DNA of 64,000 nt from Perkinsus olseni (lineage: Eukaryota), in assembly GCA_013115125.1 (NCBI GenBank), contig JABANN010000091.1, positions 1 through 64,000 of the forward strand, read 5' to 3'. Positions 36,784 through 48,435 of the stretch are shown piece after piece (within the stretch, counting starts at the first letter, position 1; each line of letters starts with the position of its first letter). Position numbers and translations under genes: made by a program. The notes below the pieces were generated by a model that was not told the DNA's origin, searched no databases, and was given only the letters and a program-made list of their open reading frames with translations.

Positions 36784-38589
36784 TCATCCTTCGGCAGCGG
36801 CGGCCTACAACCCACCACCGTTCACGATGAGCCTCTCACAGCCGTATTAGTACTACCTCTCCCCCTTCCTCCACAGCGGCTTCCACAGGAGCCTCTTCGG
36901 TAGGGGCGGCGGCGGCCTACAACCCACCACCGTTCACGATGAGCCTCTCACAGCCGTATTAGTACTACCTCTCCCCCTTCCACNNNNNNNNNNNNNNNNN
37001 NNNNNNNNNNNNNNNNNNNNNNNNNNNNNNNNNNNNNNNNNNNNNNNNNNNNNNNNNNNNNNNNNNNNNNNNNNNNNNNNNTCCACAGCGGCTTCCACAG
37101 GAGCCTCTTCGGTAGGGGCGGCGGCGGCGGCGGACTGAGTGCAAGGAAACATCATACACAATTGACTGGCTCGCTCCATTGTGACGGTCTGCCTTGCTAG
37201 CCTAGCTTGATGTTACTACTGTTTTTATAACTCTAGGTCCACTGTGGACGACTCTTGGTAAGCTAGACAATCTGGAGAGCTGAGGCGAGCTAATCCCGCG
37301 CTAAATACTTCCTCGAAAGTATTGAGACAAAATTATATTCTCATTTCGCAGCGGTTAGGGCGGAAAACTAAGCACGTGCCGAACACCATTCCACCTTACC
37401 GTACCACTCCAAACGCAATCGCCCAAAAAACTAGTACCACCCTAGTACCTCTTCAGCGGCCGGCTCCTCCTTCTTTCCTTCAGCTTCCGCAACTTCCTCA
37501 TTCCCGCTCTGAAATAGAAAATTATCAACTCCAAAACAGCGCGCTCCAATGGCCTCAGTACTTCCTTTTCGTTCTCGGGAACAGCAGCTGCAGCTGCTTC
37601 GGTCGGAGTTTCTTCCGCGGCAGAAGGCGCGGGATCTACAGGGCCCTCCTCGTCCTCTACCGCAGGTTGGGCCTGAGACAACTAATGACCGCGCGCCACG
37701 AAAATAGCCCGCGGCTCACGTTCTCTCCTGGCTTGCTCTCTTCAGGCGCATCTTTTTCATTCTGACAAATAGCACAGCGGTCGACATCCTTGTCCGTGAA
37801 CCAAAGCACCCGGGATCCATCCCACCTTCCCCCATTCATTAGCATCATAAGCCGCAACTGCCGGTACCCCATCCACGTTGATCACAGGCGCCTGGGCAGC
37901 CTCGCCATCAGCCGGTTTATCTACAACATGTGCTAATCTTGCTCTCTTACATTTCCTCAACGTTTCCCTCAATCAGAGAATACAACTAGCCCAACAATCA
38001 GAAGGTTTTCCTTCAACCAGACCAGATTACCACCCTTCTTAACAACCAGTATGATTGATATTATGGAGCCGTTAAGCGCGAGCAACGCGATCATACCAAC
38101 CATACTCAACCAGCTATAGCCCCTATTGAGGGACGCCGCTGACTTCGCCATTTCTTGCGTTCAATACGGACGACGACGACGACGACGACGACAGAAAAGC
38201 AGCACGGGTAGCATCTGCGGCAAGATCACGTTAATGGATTTCACGACGAAAAACGGATTTTCCGCGCCGAATTTTCCGATTTTCCCCAAAAGTTTGGTCA
38301 CCGGTGGCTGCACTTGCCAGCCCCTGAACATAGTTCGACACCGACGCCCTCATACTCTCAGGACCAGCGTCTGAGAAAAAGCAAGTGAAGACAAGTGGAG
38401 CAAGATCGCGCAAGCTCACCGCCATTCCCAGCTGCAGCCGGAGCTTCCTCTTCGACAGGTTTGGGCTCCTAAAAAGTAAAGACACGCATGTCCATGAACA
38501 ATCGAGTATCTAACCGTTTCATGTACCTCAACTGGGACCGTCTTGACGACCTCCTCAGGCTTGCTGGAAGAAGATGCTCCGCAACCCAT
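36784..38589 (-). CDS. N-acylated (MGC motif) hydrophilic Glu/Ala/Pro-rich protein, multi-exon, spans the assembly gap
   Basis: MGCGASSSKPEEVVKTVPVE|EPKPVEEEAPAAAGNG|..KPADGEAAQAP..|AQPAVEDEEGPVDPAPSAAEETP..|AAAAPTEEAPVEAAVEEGGE (repeated)|AAAAEG*. Confidence 0.7.
36805..37134 (-). repeat. 112-nt tandem repeat consisting of a 60-nt exon plus a 52-nt intron
   Basis: Identical introns at 36805-36856 and 36917-36968; exon copies at 36857-36916 and on both sides of the gap. Confidence 0.85.
36984..37081. other. assembly gap (98 N)
   Basis: Run of N. Confidence 1.
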
Positions 38590-39142
38590 GATCAATAGAG
38601 AGTGACAAAACTGGCAGAAATTTTTTTGGAAATTTCCGGAAAGTTCTCCATTATTTCCACATAAATACTCCTGCTTAACAACAAAGCATCACAAACAACG
38701 TGAAAAGAGCAACAATAAAATGTAGTCGTTTCGCTCCGATATCGATCGACCGTTTCATAGACAACTGCCTGCCACTTCGTCAACTTCCCAGTATGAATCT
38801 TAGGTTGACCCTAGGCTTCAAGCCCCCCCAACCCTCCAGCGCAACACTGGCCCTCAGAACCCTGTCCTCGATAAAATACTAACACTCAATGTAATACTAC
38901 AGACTGTCTGCAATGGTACGTAGTACGGGAAATCTCCTTCTAGCGGCTACCCGCCCAGGAACATCCTCATCACCTTTTGCCCCAACGGCCACTCCGCCCG
39001 CTTCGCTCCGCCTGCCCCTATCAATGCACCCGATGTATTCAACGATAACAACGTGCCCAGATCCAGCGTAATATCAGCCTCCTTCCGACTATACCTGCCA
39101 AATCGATCACTGGGGCGCGCGCTTTTTACATCACACCGCCTG

Positions 39143-40608
39143 CTACTTGTTTTTGATGACACTAGCTAGCGCTGCATGATCCAAGATGAGTTGTATCTTC
39201 CCTCCGGTGCTGGTGGGCATGTCAAGCGCGACTCTTTCCTTGCTGCCGGGAGACACCGTCAAGGATTGCGATGCTAGTGCTTCGCGAGCAACCTGAAGGG
39301 CGGAGCGAAGCGATGCATGTTTCGCGATTTTCCACTCGTGAGAACACTTACAAGGTGGGGAGGGAACACCACTTGCTTGATCGGGAGCTCGACTTCTACG
39401 CTGACGGTCTTGGGGGGCACCCACGAGGCCTCCGCCGCCTCCTTAGCGAGAAGGATGTTCTCAATGGAGGACACAGGAACGTAACTGAGCATAAAAACAC
39501 AGACGATTGAATCGATCCCGAACATGAGGCTGGGACCGTAACTACTCAGCCAGAAGGAACCCCTCACGACAACCTTACAAGCCCGAGGAGGCGAATTTTA
39601 ACATCTCCAATACGCAACACTCGACCGAGCTAGTTTTAATCGCTGTCGTACTCCCAACAGCTCTGCGCGTTACAGGGCAGCTCAACACCGCAAGAACGGC
39701 AAAACAGCAAAACAAGAAATAAACCTATGGCCGTGTCACCATTATACGATAAATTGAGGTCGACAACGGCTATGTATACCCAAACTTCAGCTTGTATACG
39801 CCACGCCTCCGCCTAGAAGCCCAACAAGCGTATCTAAGCTCGAGCCTTGGGTCGCGTGTTGCAAAAACTACACCCCAAACGTCTTCTCCCGGCGGTCCCT
39901 GTCCATCCCCCCCGCAAGCGACTTACGCCACATCAGCCATCGACCCATGCTCCTTAGCATCGATGAGGATATTCATCTCAATAAAAAAACAAATCCCAAA
40001 CACCATGGCCATGACTGGTATGGCAATGTCTAGTAGCCTGACAGACGACGAGGAATCGAGAAGCTCCAGCAGAGGCAGGCTTCCCACAACACTGGTTCAC
40101 CCGCGGATACCCCCGGAGTACTGTGGAGTTCCATCGGTCTTGAATCAAGCGGCGATTTTCGAGAAGTGAAATTAGTTACTTACTACCATATTTTCACGAG
40201 AAATTTCAGCGAACGCCATTGCTGCTCATAAGCAGTAGAAAAATTGTTAATTGCCCCGTCGTGCTACGACGACATCCGGTGTCGAACCCCGGCCAGCGAG
40301 GGTTGAAGAAAAGGATCTACTATCCCGACCAGGATTCAAAGGAGCGACTCTTACTTGACGAACAGCCGATACTGAGCCTCTAGTCGGCCCCATGGCGCTT
40401 TCCCGTCGTCATCCGCTGTCAGTCCAGTAGCCTCCTCGATACTATCTGAGACGGTGTAAAATGCAGGCGCTGGGCATCGAACCCGGGATCTCTCACCGAT
40501 TTCCGGGTTCCTCCTCTTATGCGGTTTCCCTGCGGTCGCTGCAGCAACCAGCAGGAGAAGTATCAAAACTATAGCGTTGGAGAAGAAGCATACAAGGGCT
40601 ATTCGCAT
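39143..40608 (-). CDS. hypothetical signal-peptide/membrane protein, multi-exon
   Basis: MRIALVCFFSNAIVLILLLLVAAATAG (signal-like), then LLDIAIPVMAMVFGICFFIEM (TM-like) and further AG..GT-bounded open segments. Confidence 0.5.
40462..40496 (-). pseudogene. tRNA 3' half forming most of putative intron 40446-40496
   Basis: GTGAGAGATCCCGGGTTCGATGCCCAGCGCCTGCA-TTTT-ACACCGTCTCAG. Confidence 0.7.
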
Positions 40609-41117
40609 GGGCGCAGAGAACTAAACGTTGAGGAAATGCGAGATGACCAAGATGTGCAAGATTGCCTCGAACGCAACCCGCCAGCAGCGCTTAAAGGAGT
40701 GATCCTCTTGAAGGGTCAAGTACGAAGACTCAAATATCCTCCTGCAGACAAGAATGAGCAACTGATTCCCATAACAATATACCACCTCCCGGGATTGAAC
40801 CCACGACCTATCGCATGTAAGTCGCGTCTCGGGGACCCCACCATTCAATACCATAACATCTTCCGCGCCAGGACCGTACCGTGGAAGCCTCGAAACGTCT
40901 GATTGACGTCATGCCGGCTGATCAACGGCACATATCTGCACAGAAGAGGAAGAATCACCGCTTCGCTCCGCTAGACAACGACCGCGCGAGTAGACAAACT
41001 TCTGCCAATCGCCTCCGACCGCTCCCCGAGGACACGTGCTAGCCCCGAGAAAGGGCGAAAGCGTTTCCGGTATGATGTTGAGAGCACAGATACGGTGAAA
41101 ACATGATGCTACGGTAA

Positions 41118-41186
41118 CTCTACTCTGGATCGAACCAACGACCCCACAAGGAACGACCGTGCGCTCTACCACTAGACCCGTAATTC
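41118..41186 (-). pseudogene. decayed full-length tRNA-like sequence (GTT at the anticodon position)
   Basis: GGTCTAGTGGTAGAGCG (D-arm) CACGG-TCGTTCC-TTGTG (anticodon arm) GGGTC GTTGGTTCGATCC (T-arm). Confidence 0.6.
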
Positions 41187-41209
41187 TCAGATTTCGACTC
41201 CATCCCTTC

Positions 41210-43263
41210 TCACCCAATCTTCATCCAGAACTTAGCAACTTGTTGATTGAGCATCTCCACATAAGCCGATCGGCATTCTTTATACTTCATCAACCACTCA
41301 CACAACTGGGCATCCAAGAACCTCCCGAGACCCCGGCCGCGGCAATCCATCTCGTACCCTCGACGACCTGCAAACACAGATGAAATCCAATGTGAAGTCC
41401 AACCTAGCCAATTCAAAAATTCTCAACGTACCAATCGCTTTGATGGATTGTCACTCCCGTTTCAAAATTTTACTTCATAGAGCAACAGAGCGGTGGAGGG
41501 CCTGTCCAATCTCCACTACTTCCCGATCGACTTAATAAGCTTCCATCTTCTTCCAGATGATCGCCATTTTCCACTCCCGCTTCGCGAATTTCCGAATTTC
41601 AGGTGCTACTTGCTTGTTCTACCTCCACTGGAAGCTCATGAAATTGATCGGGACATGGTGGGGACTGGACACGCCCTTCACAACTCTAGTGCACTACTAT
41701 TGCCATACACTCTCTCCAGAAGCTCAAACCCAAACCTGCTGCTAGCCGGGCCCCCCGGGTCCCAGGGGGGGGGCGTTCCTCGGAATGACGCAACTATACC
41801 CCGCTTACAACAACCCATCCCAAGAGCAGGAATTTCGTCCGATGGATGAACTTCGAGTGAGTGTAACGCCCCGCAAGCACGGGAGCGATGCGTACGGTAA
41901 ATCATCATTACCCCCGACTCGGTGGCACCGAGAGGTCGTCACGATCGAATTTCGCGAAACCTTCGGATTTTCATAATTTGCGGTTCTCATTGATAACTTC
42001 ATTTCAGGGCGCAAAGAGATGTCCATAACGAATGAAATACGGCCAAAAAGCCCGCCCAGGATTCGAACCCGGGTCATTACCTCTAAGAGCGGGGTATTCA
42101 ACGCTCTTAGCTATCGTAAACAACAATATCATAGCATCCCGACTAACGGCGTCATATCGATACAGACAGGAAGCCAGTACGATTGGCGACGATCCCTTGG
42201 GCGCATTGCGGCGGTCATCTTGTATCTGCAACTACATCTCGTTCAACAGGTAATACCACTCCTCTCCCTACACATAAGGAGGCACAGTTGATGGTGGAAC
42301 CAGCGTATCGTCCTCGCTCTCCCACTTCCTTCAGTTTGCACTCCGGGAAGCCCTCCGCGAACATCGAAGCTCCGAGGCAATTACGTATGTCAAATACAAC
42401 CTCGTTAACCTTAAGAGACATCAACTTCTAGCGAAGCCTCGCCCTATTGTCTATTGTCTATTGTCTATTGTCTATCTCTCAATAGACGCCAGAAGCGACA
42501 CGAATGATTGGACAGAAGATACCGCATCCAGTCACTGATGGTCGTGCCAACGTACAATCTCGACGACATCCAGATTTCGGCCAGCCCGCTAAGCGTAGCG
42601 GAGCAGGAGATCGCACGGGAGGGGATGATCCCGACGGTAGACAAGGAACGTAAAGAAAATGCGCCAACTAGGGGTCGAACCTACGGCCTCTACGTCGAAT
42701 AATCACACGACCCAGCAAAGCCCAGCACATTTCGCCGTGCTTCTGTCCTGCGGTTTGTCTGTTGTGTTAATCCCGACCCTCCCTAGACCTTTACTACCAA
42801 ATACACTTGGCTCTCTCCTCGTCCCAAATCCCCTTCACCAACCTTCAAATTCAACCTTCTCTCATCAAAATCAAACTGAGCAACAACCAGTTCGACCCCT
42901 GGCTGGCCCCTCCCCGACAGCCCCACCTGTATCGAGTACCCAGCCAATTTCTCCCACAGAGTTTTCCTTCCCGCGCGACAGTCTCTCGCCAGCTCCCCGA
43001 TCTCATCATCTTCGAACCAGAATTTTCTCCTACCACTTTTCTTGCAGCTCCCAGACGTATCTTCGCACAGCGAAGATTTTCGATCGACCTTGGGAGTCGA
43101 TCGCTGGGTCAGCCGGGAGGAACCCTTCGTTCCTGAACGCGATTCCCTCACAACGATCGAGCGCGAAACCGCTGGGCTCACGTCTCGTTCCTTGGCGACT
43201 CCCAAGACTTAGTCGTTTCCGAGCTTCGATTGCCGCTTTCCGTGGAGTGCACCGGCGAGACAT
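41210..43263 (-). CDS. hypothetical multi-exon gene with a GNAT acetyltransferase-like exon near its 3' end
   Basis: The exon near 41210-41380 reads CRGRGLGRFL..AYVEMLNQQVAKFWMKIG (GNAT motifs A and B). Upstream exons are only tentatively linked. Confidence 0.45.
42046..42121 (-). pseudogene. decayed tRNA-like sequence with a Pol III-type T-run
   Basis: GATAGCTAAGAGCG..GACCCGGGTTCGAATCCTGGGCGGGC-TTTTT. Confidence 0.55.
42445..42475 (+). repeat. (CTATTGT)n microsatellite, about 4.5 units
   Basis: Seen directly. Confidence 0.9.
42660..42693 (-). pseudogene. tRNA 3' half
   Basis: GTAGAGGCCGTAGGTTCGACCCCTAGTTGGCGCA-TTTT. Confidence 0.7.
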
Positions 43264-43621
43264 TGAAGGAGAATGGGAATGAAAACTCCACTCGCAAGAG
43301 TATCTTAGGTCAATCATAGGTCGTAGCGGAATAAGAACACCACCCGGCTCCAGTCTCCGAGACGGCCCCTCGGTCGTCCCAACATTCCCAGAATGCGCCC
43401 TTCCCAAAGTGCTGGTAGAACCGTCAGGGTAGAGATCCAATCCGAGCTGAAAAACATGTTTCATATTCTGGTCAGCTTTCGATCGGCGGAAACGACAATG
43501 ACTCTGCGCTGTGACCAACACGAATTGAGGAAATTGAAGTGAGAGCAAGAGTGCAAGATTCTCTCTACGCCCCAATGGGATCACTTAGCCGGGCTAAGTT
43601 AGCCCCTCTGGAAGGAAGGTC

Positions 43622-44945
43622 GTGGACTGCCTATCAAACGAGCCAGCGGTGGACACGATGCTCACGTTGGGCGTGCAAGTGATCGACACAGGCTCGATCC
43701 TCTGTAACGTCACTCGACAGGAGATGTACGAGTACTTGTCTTCCGCCGCCGAGACGCTTGAAGTGAAAGTTCTATGTGACCCCAATGTTGAATTTGAGCC
43801 CGCCACGGGGTTTACCGGGACGGAGAAGAAAAAGAAGAAAGAACGGTCGACAACAACGACTGCGACCACTCCAACCCCAACCGGGCCAACTCTATCCAAA
43901 CTCGGCGTGGATGACAAGTTCTCTGATCGACAGTGGAACCTCGAAGCTATTGGTATAAAGGAAGCATGGAGAGAATGAAAAAGGGCCGGGTTTGAGAACA
44001 GGGGAATGTTGTTGCCGTCATTGACTACGAGCATGCGGATTTGCGGGAAATATTCTCACCTCTAGCACAGCCTGTGCTAGAGGTGTGCCAGGTGCTGAGA
44101 GCCTGTGCTGCACAGGAGGCGTCCGCGGTTACAACTTCCACGATAATAATAATGATACCAGCGACGTTTTGTTGGACCATGGCACGTTCGTTGCCGGTAT
44201 CATAGGAGCCACGACCAATAACACTATCGGGCTAGCAGGCATCGCTGACTTGAAGATGATGCCCATCAACGTCACCAACTCGGAAGGCTCCGCTCCTCTC
44301 GCCGAGTTGGCCAAAGGGCTCAACTATGCTCTCGACGATGGTGCGAAGGTGTCCTGCATTGCCTTTGCCAGTAGTGGTCCCAGTCCGGTACTCGAGAAGG
44401 CGATAGAGAGAGCTGCCCAGCTTGGTCATCTCGTCGTCACGGCTGCTGGAAACGGAGGACGCGACATCACCCAAAGGAAGCGTTTCCCGTGCGCCTACAC
44501 CGAGAGATTGGATGCGTTGTGCGTCGCTGGCAGTGATGAACGCGGCCGACTCGCTCATAGGAGCAACTTTGCTTCTTATGTTGACATCGCAGCCCCTAGG
44601 ACACGCATTTGGTCGGCTGGTATCCATAATAAGTACTTTCGTGATAGTGGCACTTCCGCTGCGACTGCTCACGTCGCTGGAGTTGTCAGTCTTTTATACG
44701 GCATGGATCACCCCTTAAGGATAGTTATAAGCGCGCTGGTGAAGGTAGTCGATGTTCTCTTGGACAGCTCTGGGCGGTCTTTACCGCATTTTGGCGTGGT
44801 AAACGCGAAAAGAACTGTGGAGTGGGCTGAAATTATGGCCACGTTTCCGCCTACCGCCTCACCGAAATCTACAACCCAGTCGGTGCCCTGGACGACACCT
44901 ACAACTGCTTCAACCCTGTCGCCGAATTTCGGCGGCCGAAACTAA
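43622..44945 (+). pseudogene. subtilisin-like serine protease (peptidase S8), disrupted
   Basis: QWNLEAIGIKEAW is followed by TGA (43976-43978); VVAVID (44008-44025) is out of frame and followed by an apparent deletion; then DHGTFVAGIIGA, AAGNGG, SNFASYVDIAAP and SGTSAATAHVAG. Confidence 0.88.
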
Positions 44946-46956
44946 CCTTGCCTCCTTGGCGGAGTTGTTGATCCCCTCACCGAAGCCTACAACCCAGTTG
45001 GCCCCCTCGCCGAAAACAACCATTCAGACCTCTCCACCTGAACCTCAAGGTCCGTCGTTCCCGCCGTTCAGTCGTCCTTGAAGGGGTATCTTTCTTGGAA
45101 GGACGGTCCTTCCAAGAAAGACACTCTTCGTCAGAAAGTCGTCCTTCCAAGTTCAGTAATACATCACTACTTGTACGTGGCTTTCCCTTTCACAGACTGT
45201 CCACACGAGTTACTCTATTCATTGTCGTCCAAGTTCATACGTGGCCAAAGTTAGCTGGTCGCTATCGTGCTCGTCAAAGTAGCGATGCACCGTTATTTCC
45301 TATTTGTTTGTCCCCAAAACTGGGGTACTTTTGCCTTGTCGAGTACTAACCAGAGTTTACCTCCACGCATGAGGATTTAGTAACGCGCTAATAGGCGGGA
45401 AAGGCTCGTTATCCCATCTGCGGTCCCGAGCCCCCTCGCGAGGTATGCTGATCACAATTTGTGATTCACAAAGTTGTTTGCATACAGAAGGTTTCCGCGT
45501 TTTCCCCAATTTTGCGTTGCTGCCGAGTTGAGTTGGAAACGTATCATGTTCGCGAAGAATGAACCCGTAACGCAGGGGCGTATCATGTTCGGGAAGAAGT
45601 ACTGGGACGCAGAGATGGTTGAACATCGGAGGTTCCAGATTTGAAAGCCGCTGAGAATCCGCACAGCCATTCCTGCTGATGGGGCATTAGGCGGGAGGCA
45701 AATTTGTCCGGCAGGCCCCTCTCGTGTACTGGAGCACACAAATGAGGCGTTGAACAGTGCCAAATTGCAACTGACGAACCTTGCGATTTACGAGCGTGAA
45801 AAAAGACTATCACATGCGACCCGAATAGCAAGGTGAAGGCAGATTGCCACTGATGGCATCACTGTGATTCAACATTGCCGACATCTCGTACGGAATACGT
45901 TAGGATTCTTAGTCTTTAGCCAAGCATCGCTGAGCGTTGTGGTGGGGATTCTCAGCTTCTGTCTTTCTAGGGGGCATGCGGGGAACCGCTGGTTCGACTA
46001 TTTCACCGTTCCATGCGGTAACCCGAGACAGTCGAGACTTCCCGATCTTGTGGAAGAGCTTATGCCCAGGAAACGCAGAGAGCGCGCCCAATTGTGCTAA
46101 GTGGGAATTCCGAAACCTAACAACTGAATACCTCACTCCGCACGTCCTCACTGTATTGCCCCCTCGAGTCCTTAGTGTCCACCTTTGCGGCACAGCATTC
46201 TATTAACAATGCGACCCTTCCTCGGCTGGGCTGCTTCCGTTATAGGCTTGTGCGCAGCGATGGGCGGCATACGAGAGTGTCTGTCGGCCTACAGCCCCGC
46301 GCCGGAGAACCCATCAAGTGAATCACTAATTCAAGAGCTTCATCGAGACTCGTCGCCCTCAGATAAGCGTAAAAGGTCGAGCTCGGGGCCATCAGAGAAG
46401 AAGAGGAGACTCTCCTCAGGAGAGCCCTCGCGGAAGATAGAGGTAGGGACTGTTGTCGTGAATAGCAGAGAATTCTAATTTCTTCTGGTTCCCCTCAGGA
46501 AAAAGATTGTAGGATGAAGAACATAACCCATGTCCGCGATGACGGGGTTAGTATCGAATATTGCAGCATCAACGGCATGACTTTGCAAAAAAATTTCTTT
46601 TATACTTCAAAGAAGACTGCCAACGGGAACGAAAAATATTTCACCATTACCTGCGCTGGCTCATCGTTTCAAACGTAAGTCGTCTAGAATACGCCACCGG
46701 AAAGCATCTTTGCAGAGATCGCCTATTGGCGAGAAAATTTAGACTCATCGTTCTTGCCTCGTGGGGTGTATCCGAAACATTACTCTCACTTTAGCGATGG
46801 TGATTGGCTGTGTGCTCGGTTAAGATCGAGTTATTGGCTCATTGGCTGAGCACGAGGTCAGGCCCCGTCAATCCGCTTGACGTTGTTACTCAATAATATT
46901 GAGTTGATACCAATGGGTGCTTTGCCATCGAAATACGACGCCCAGAATTGGCTCAT

Positions 46957-47578
46957 AACTACACCATTTCCAGACCAAATTAGTAAATCCCCAGAGCAAT
47001 TTAATTAAGCCCAGGCCAAATTAGTAAAACCCCAAAGCAATTTAATCGGCACACGAGACGCATCCGGATCGTCCCTCCTCCCGCCCCGGGGACTCCGGTC
47101 ATGAGTGGCGGGAGATGCGGTAGGAGTCCTACCGCAGTGCGGTTGACTCCCCGCTTCCTCCTCCTGCGGTTGACTTCGTCCTACCGTAGGACGAAGTCAG
47201 AGTACCTCCTGCCGTACTGTGATATCTTGCTCTGAGAAGACGTTGAAGCGAGCACTATGCAACTTTGTATACGATGCTTCAATCACGCCCAAACCTCGTA
47301 CCCTTGTTGCTCAGCAATGGAAGGCATGCCAGTCGGAGCCCTAATTCGGATGTTTAACGATTAAAGTTCAACCTGCGATCTGTGTGAGTTTTTCCGTACT
47401 TGTTGGGCTCTACTAAATTGGTTTTTTCATAAAATCAAATTGCTTTGGGGTTTCAGTAATTTGGTCTGGGCTTCGTTAAATTGCTTTGGGGTTTCACTAA
47501 TCTGCTCTGGGCTTTATTAAATTGCTCTGGGGTTTTACCAAGTACTACTTGGCAAGTAGGTCTGGAAATGGTGTAGTG
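46957..47578. mobile_element. non-autonomous CACTA (EnSpm/CMC)-type DNA transposon, 622 bp
   Basis: Perfect 19-bp TIR ACTACACCATTTCCAGACC (46958-46976 and 47559-47577). The right end reads CACTA on the - strand and the left end AACTA. CAT flanks both sides (46954-46956, 47579-47581). Subterminal repeats of about 42 nt are inverted between the two ends. Confidence 0.85.
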
Positions 47579-48055
47579 CATGCTCTACGCTCCTCTGGAC
47601 GAGGCTGGTCAGTCACCATCAGTTCACTCTGTTTTCTTTCAGTCATGGGGACGGAGTTTGGCGCGTGTACACGTCCCGGGGTAGACGGCGCCACTTCGTT
47701 TCACTGGATGCTCTCGCGGATATCAACAGCCGCGCATTCGAGATGAGCTGCCCAGCTATCTTCAGACATCTGCAAGTCGAGATATTGGGCATCAGTGACC
47801 CGGTGGATTCCGTGTCACATAAGGCATGTAACGAGTTGGTGACGAAGCTCTGTGCCAGGTTCGTGAGGTCCCTTGCGAATCCAAGCTAGCGTTCAGTCAC
47901 TCATCTCCTCTGAATCATCAACGTTTATCGGTTGACTCATGAGCTCGCTCACCATTGCAGCATCAGCAATAGATTTACGTGTTTTCATGATCAATGATTG
48001 GCATGGTCAGTCGCAGCGAATTATTAGAACCCCATGTCATGACGATGTGTGGACC

Positions 48056-48435
48056 AAGTTAGTCCGACTAACTCCGGCCCGGAGTCTCCCGGTATTGAGT
48101 ACTTCAGTGTGAAGTCTACATGATGTAGAGTCTACAATGTAGACAACATCAGTGTCATGATGACACTGTCATCGATTTACTAGGAGTATCAAGCTCGACT
48201 ATGTGCGGATACTCTGTATGTGCTCCAACTAAATCGTTGGTTGAACCAACTTGGTTCGACGACGTTGACTGTGGGATTATTCCAAGATCCGCTTCCGGCT
48301 CAGACTTGAAAGTAACATACTCCCCCATTATAGCTGATTTAGCTATTAGTTGATCGAGATTAGTTGACTTGACACAACAACACTATCCACTGTGGACGCT
48401 CTCAACTGGACACTGTCCAGTGGACAGTCCACACT
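48056..48435. repeat. cluster of short palindromes with 1-nt centres
   Basis: AGTTAGTC-C-GACTAACT, ACTCCGG-C-CCGGAGT, TCTACAT-G-ATGTAGA-G-TCTACA-A-TGTAGA, CAGTGTCAT-G-ATGACACTG, GTTGGTT-G-AACCAAC, ACTGTCCA-G-TGGACAGT. Confidence 0.85.

Noticed and set aside
37969-38151. ORF MAKSAASLNRG.. as the start of the acidic protein
   Set aside because: The upstream MGCG exon chain matches the composition and splice phase better; this ORF is probably intronic.
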